From Octopus bimaculoides (lineage: Eukaryota), in assembly GCF_001194135.2 (NCBI RefSeq), contig NC_068990.1, positions 84,345,632-84,399,838 on the forward strand: a DNA stretch of 54,207 bases, read 5' to 3'. The position numbers were made by a program, and so were the translations under genes. The notes under the pieces were generated by a model. That model was not told the origin of the DNA, did no database searches, and saw only the letters and a program-made list of their open reading frames with translations. Positions 53,099-54,207 of this stretch are shown here, one piece after another (position 1 is the stretch's first letter; each line of letters opens with the position of its first letter).

Positions 53099-53639
53099 GT
53101 AATGAGGTTCCAAGTAAACATCAAATACAAGTCACATCAGCAAGAATCGGATTAAACCATGGGCTTTACGGGCAGCAGACCAGAAGGGGCATCCAGCAAC
53201 TGGAAAATCTCAAAAGAACCAATGAAAAGTAATTGAAAATATCACTTTTTGTTAAATTCAAATTACGATGAACGTAAACAAACAAACGAAGGTTGCTTTT
53301 AGAAGCGTTGAGATGTCTTAGAAAGTTAAAGAAGTGATTTTAAATTCTCAAACGCAGGATAATGCTAATAATATAGCCTGAACAGGATAAGCTACCCCTA
53401 TTTTGCAGAAAAAAGTGTAGGCGGCCCACAATACTCGTTACTCAAAAACATGGGAAATCTTAATCAGGCTCGTAAATCAAGTCTAGCCAAGAATTTCACA
53501 CTCCAGAAAATATAGCAAATATAAAATACAATGAACTATATCGAATGGCATAATCTAGCACACTCAATCAACAATCACATTCAACATAGCGTCTCGCTCA
53601 AAAGCATAACCGTGTTATGGAACATCCTAGTTGTGAGAT

Positions 53640-53735
53640 TAAAGTGCAAGTCGCTGAGAGCTCCACAGACACGCGTACCCTTAGCATAGTTCTCAGGGAG
53701 ATGCAGAGTGACACAGAGTGACATGGCTGGCCTTT
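53640..53735 (+). mobile_element. SINE B internal fragment
   Basis: gtgcaagtcgctgagagctccacagacacgcgtacccttagc..., related to 24944-25040. Confidence 0.6.
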
Positions 53736-54207
53736 TGACCCGTCCTTATTTTCTTTGTATCGCCTATCTGGATGTTTTGTTTTGTATCACCTAACTGTCC
53801 GGAAGTTTTGCGTTCTTGTTCCATTTTGTATATCTTAATATATAAATCTGAAATTGTGTGTTTGTGTGAAGCCTTTTTGAAAGTTTATAGAAATCCACAT
53901 TTTCCACTTTTTCGTAAAAATTTTTACATCAATGGAATTTTCTCGATGTGAACTTTCCAGTGCAGTAATTAGATTTTTTAAATTCCGTTTACTTTGTGTG
54001 ATTTAAGGGAGATTTGGCTGTTGCTTCTAGCAACTTTTATATTTCATCCCTGCTACCTGGAACGCAATTCTTACACATGCGCTCAACATAAAAATATAGA
54101 GAGTAAGAGTTAAAGAGGGAGAGGGAGAGAGAGAGAAAGTGATACATACAACGTCATAGATTAAACTTTCATCTCAGTATTCTTTACCTATTTTTCATAA
54201 CATAGAT

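Overview
AT-rich, microsatellite- and transposon-dense animal DNA, probably an octopus (cephalopod) draft assembly, judged from recalled SINE families and repeat style; it has three N gaps (1005-1426, 32314-32830, 42665-42674). One protein-coding gene is well supported: a minus-strand ecto-5'-nucleotidase (NT5E/CD73-like). I traced eight coding exons by hand (31836-32046, 27621-27806, 24271-24468, 22283-22411, 17548-17667, 16986-17135, 4554-4757, 2436-2638). All have GT-AG boundaries and splice into one open frame of 1401 nt (466 aa plus stop) with catalytic and substrate motifs intact and a GPI-type C-terminal tail. The first coding exon (signal peptide and first metal-binding motifs) was not found. 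The rest is tRNA-derived SINEs (at least four families), decayed LINEs (R4/Dong-like, RTE-like, L1/Tx1-like), Tc1 and hAT fragments, MITEs, mini- and microsatellites. I found no strong evidence for a new multi-gene system. The most interesting leads are Penelope-type minimal hammerhead ribozyme motifs in NT5E introns, a head-to-tail SINE array with different trinucleotide tails, fold-back and inverted repeats able to form dsRNA, an apparently relocated intron, a weak-donor exon matching the one skipped in human CD73S, and an unassigned candidate + strand exon at 779-1000.
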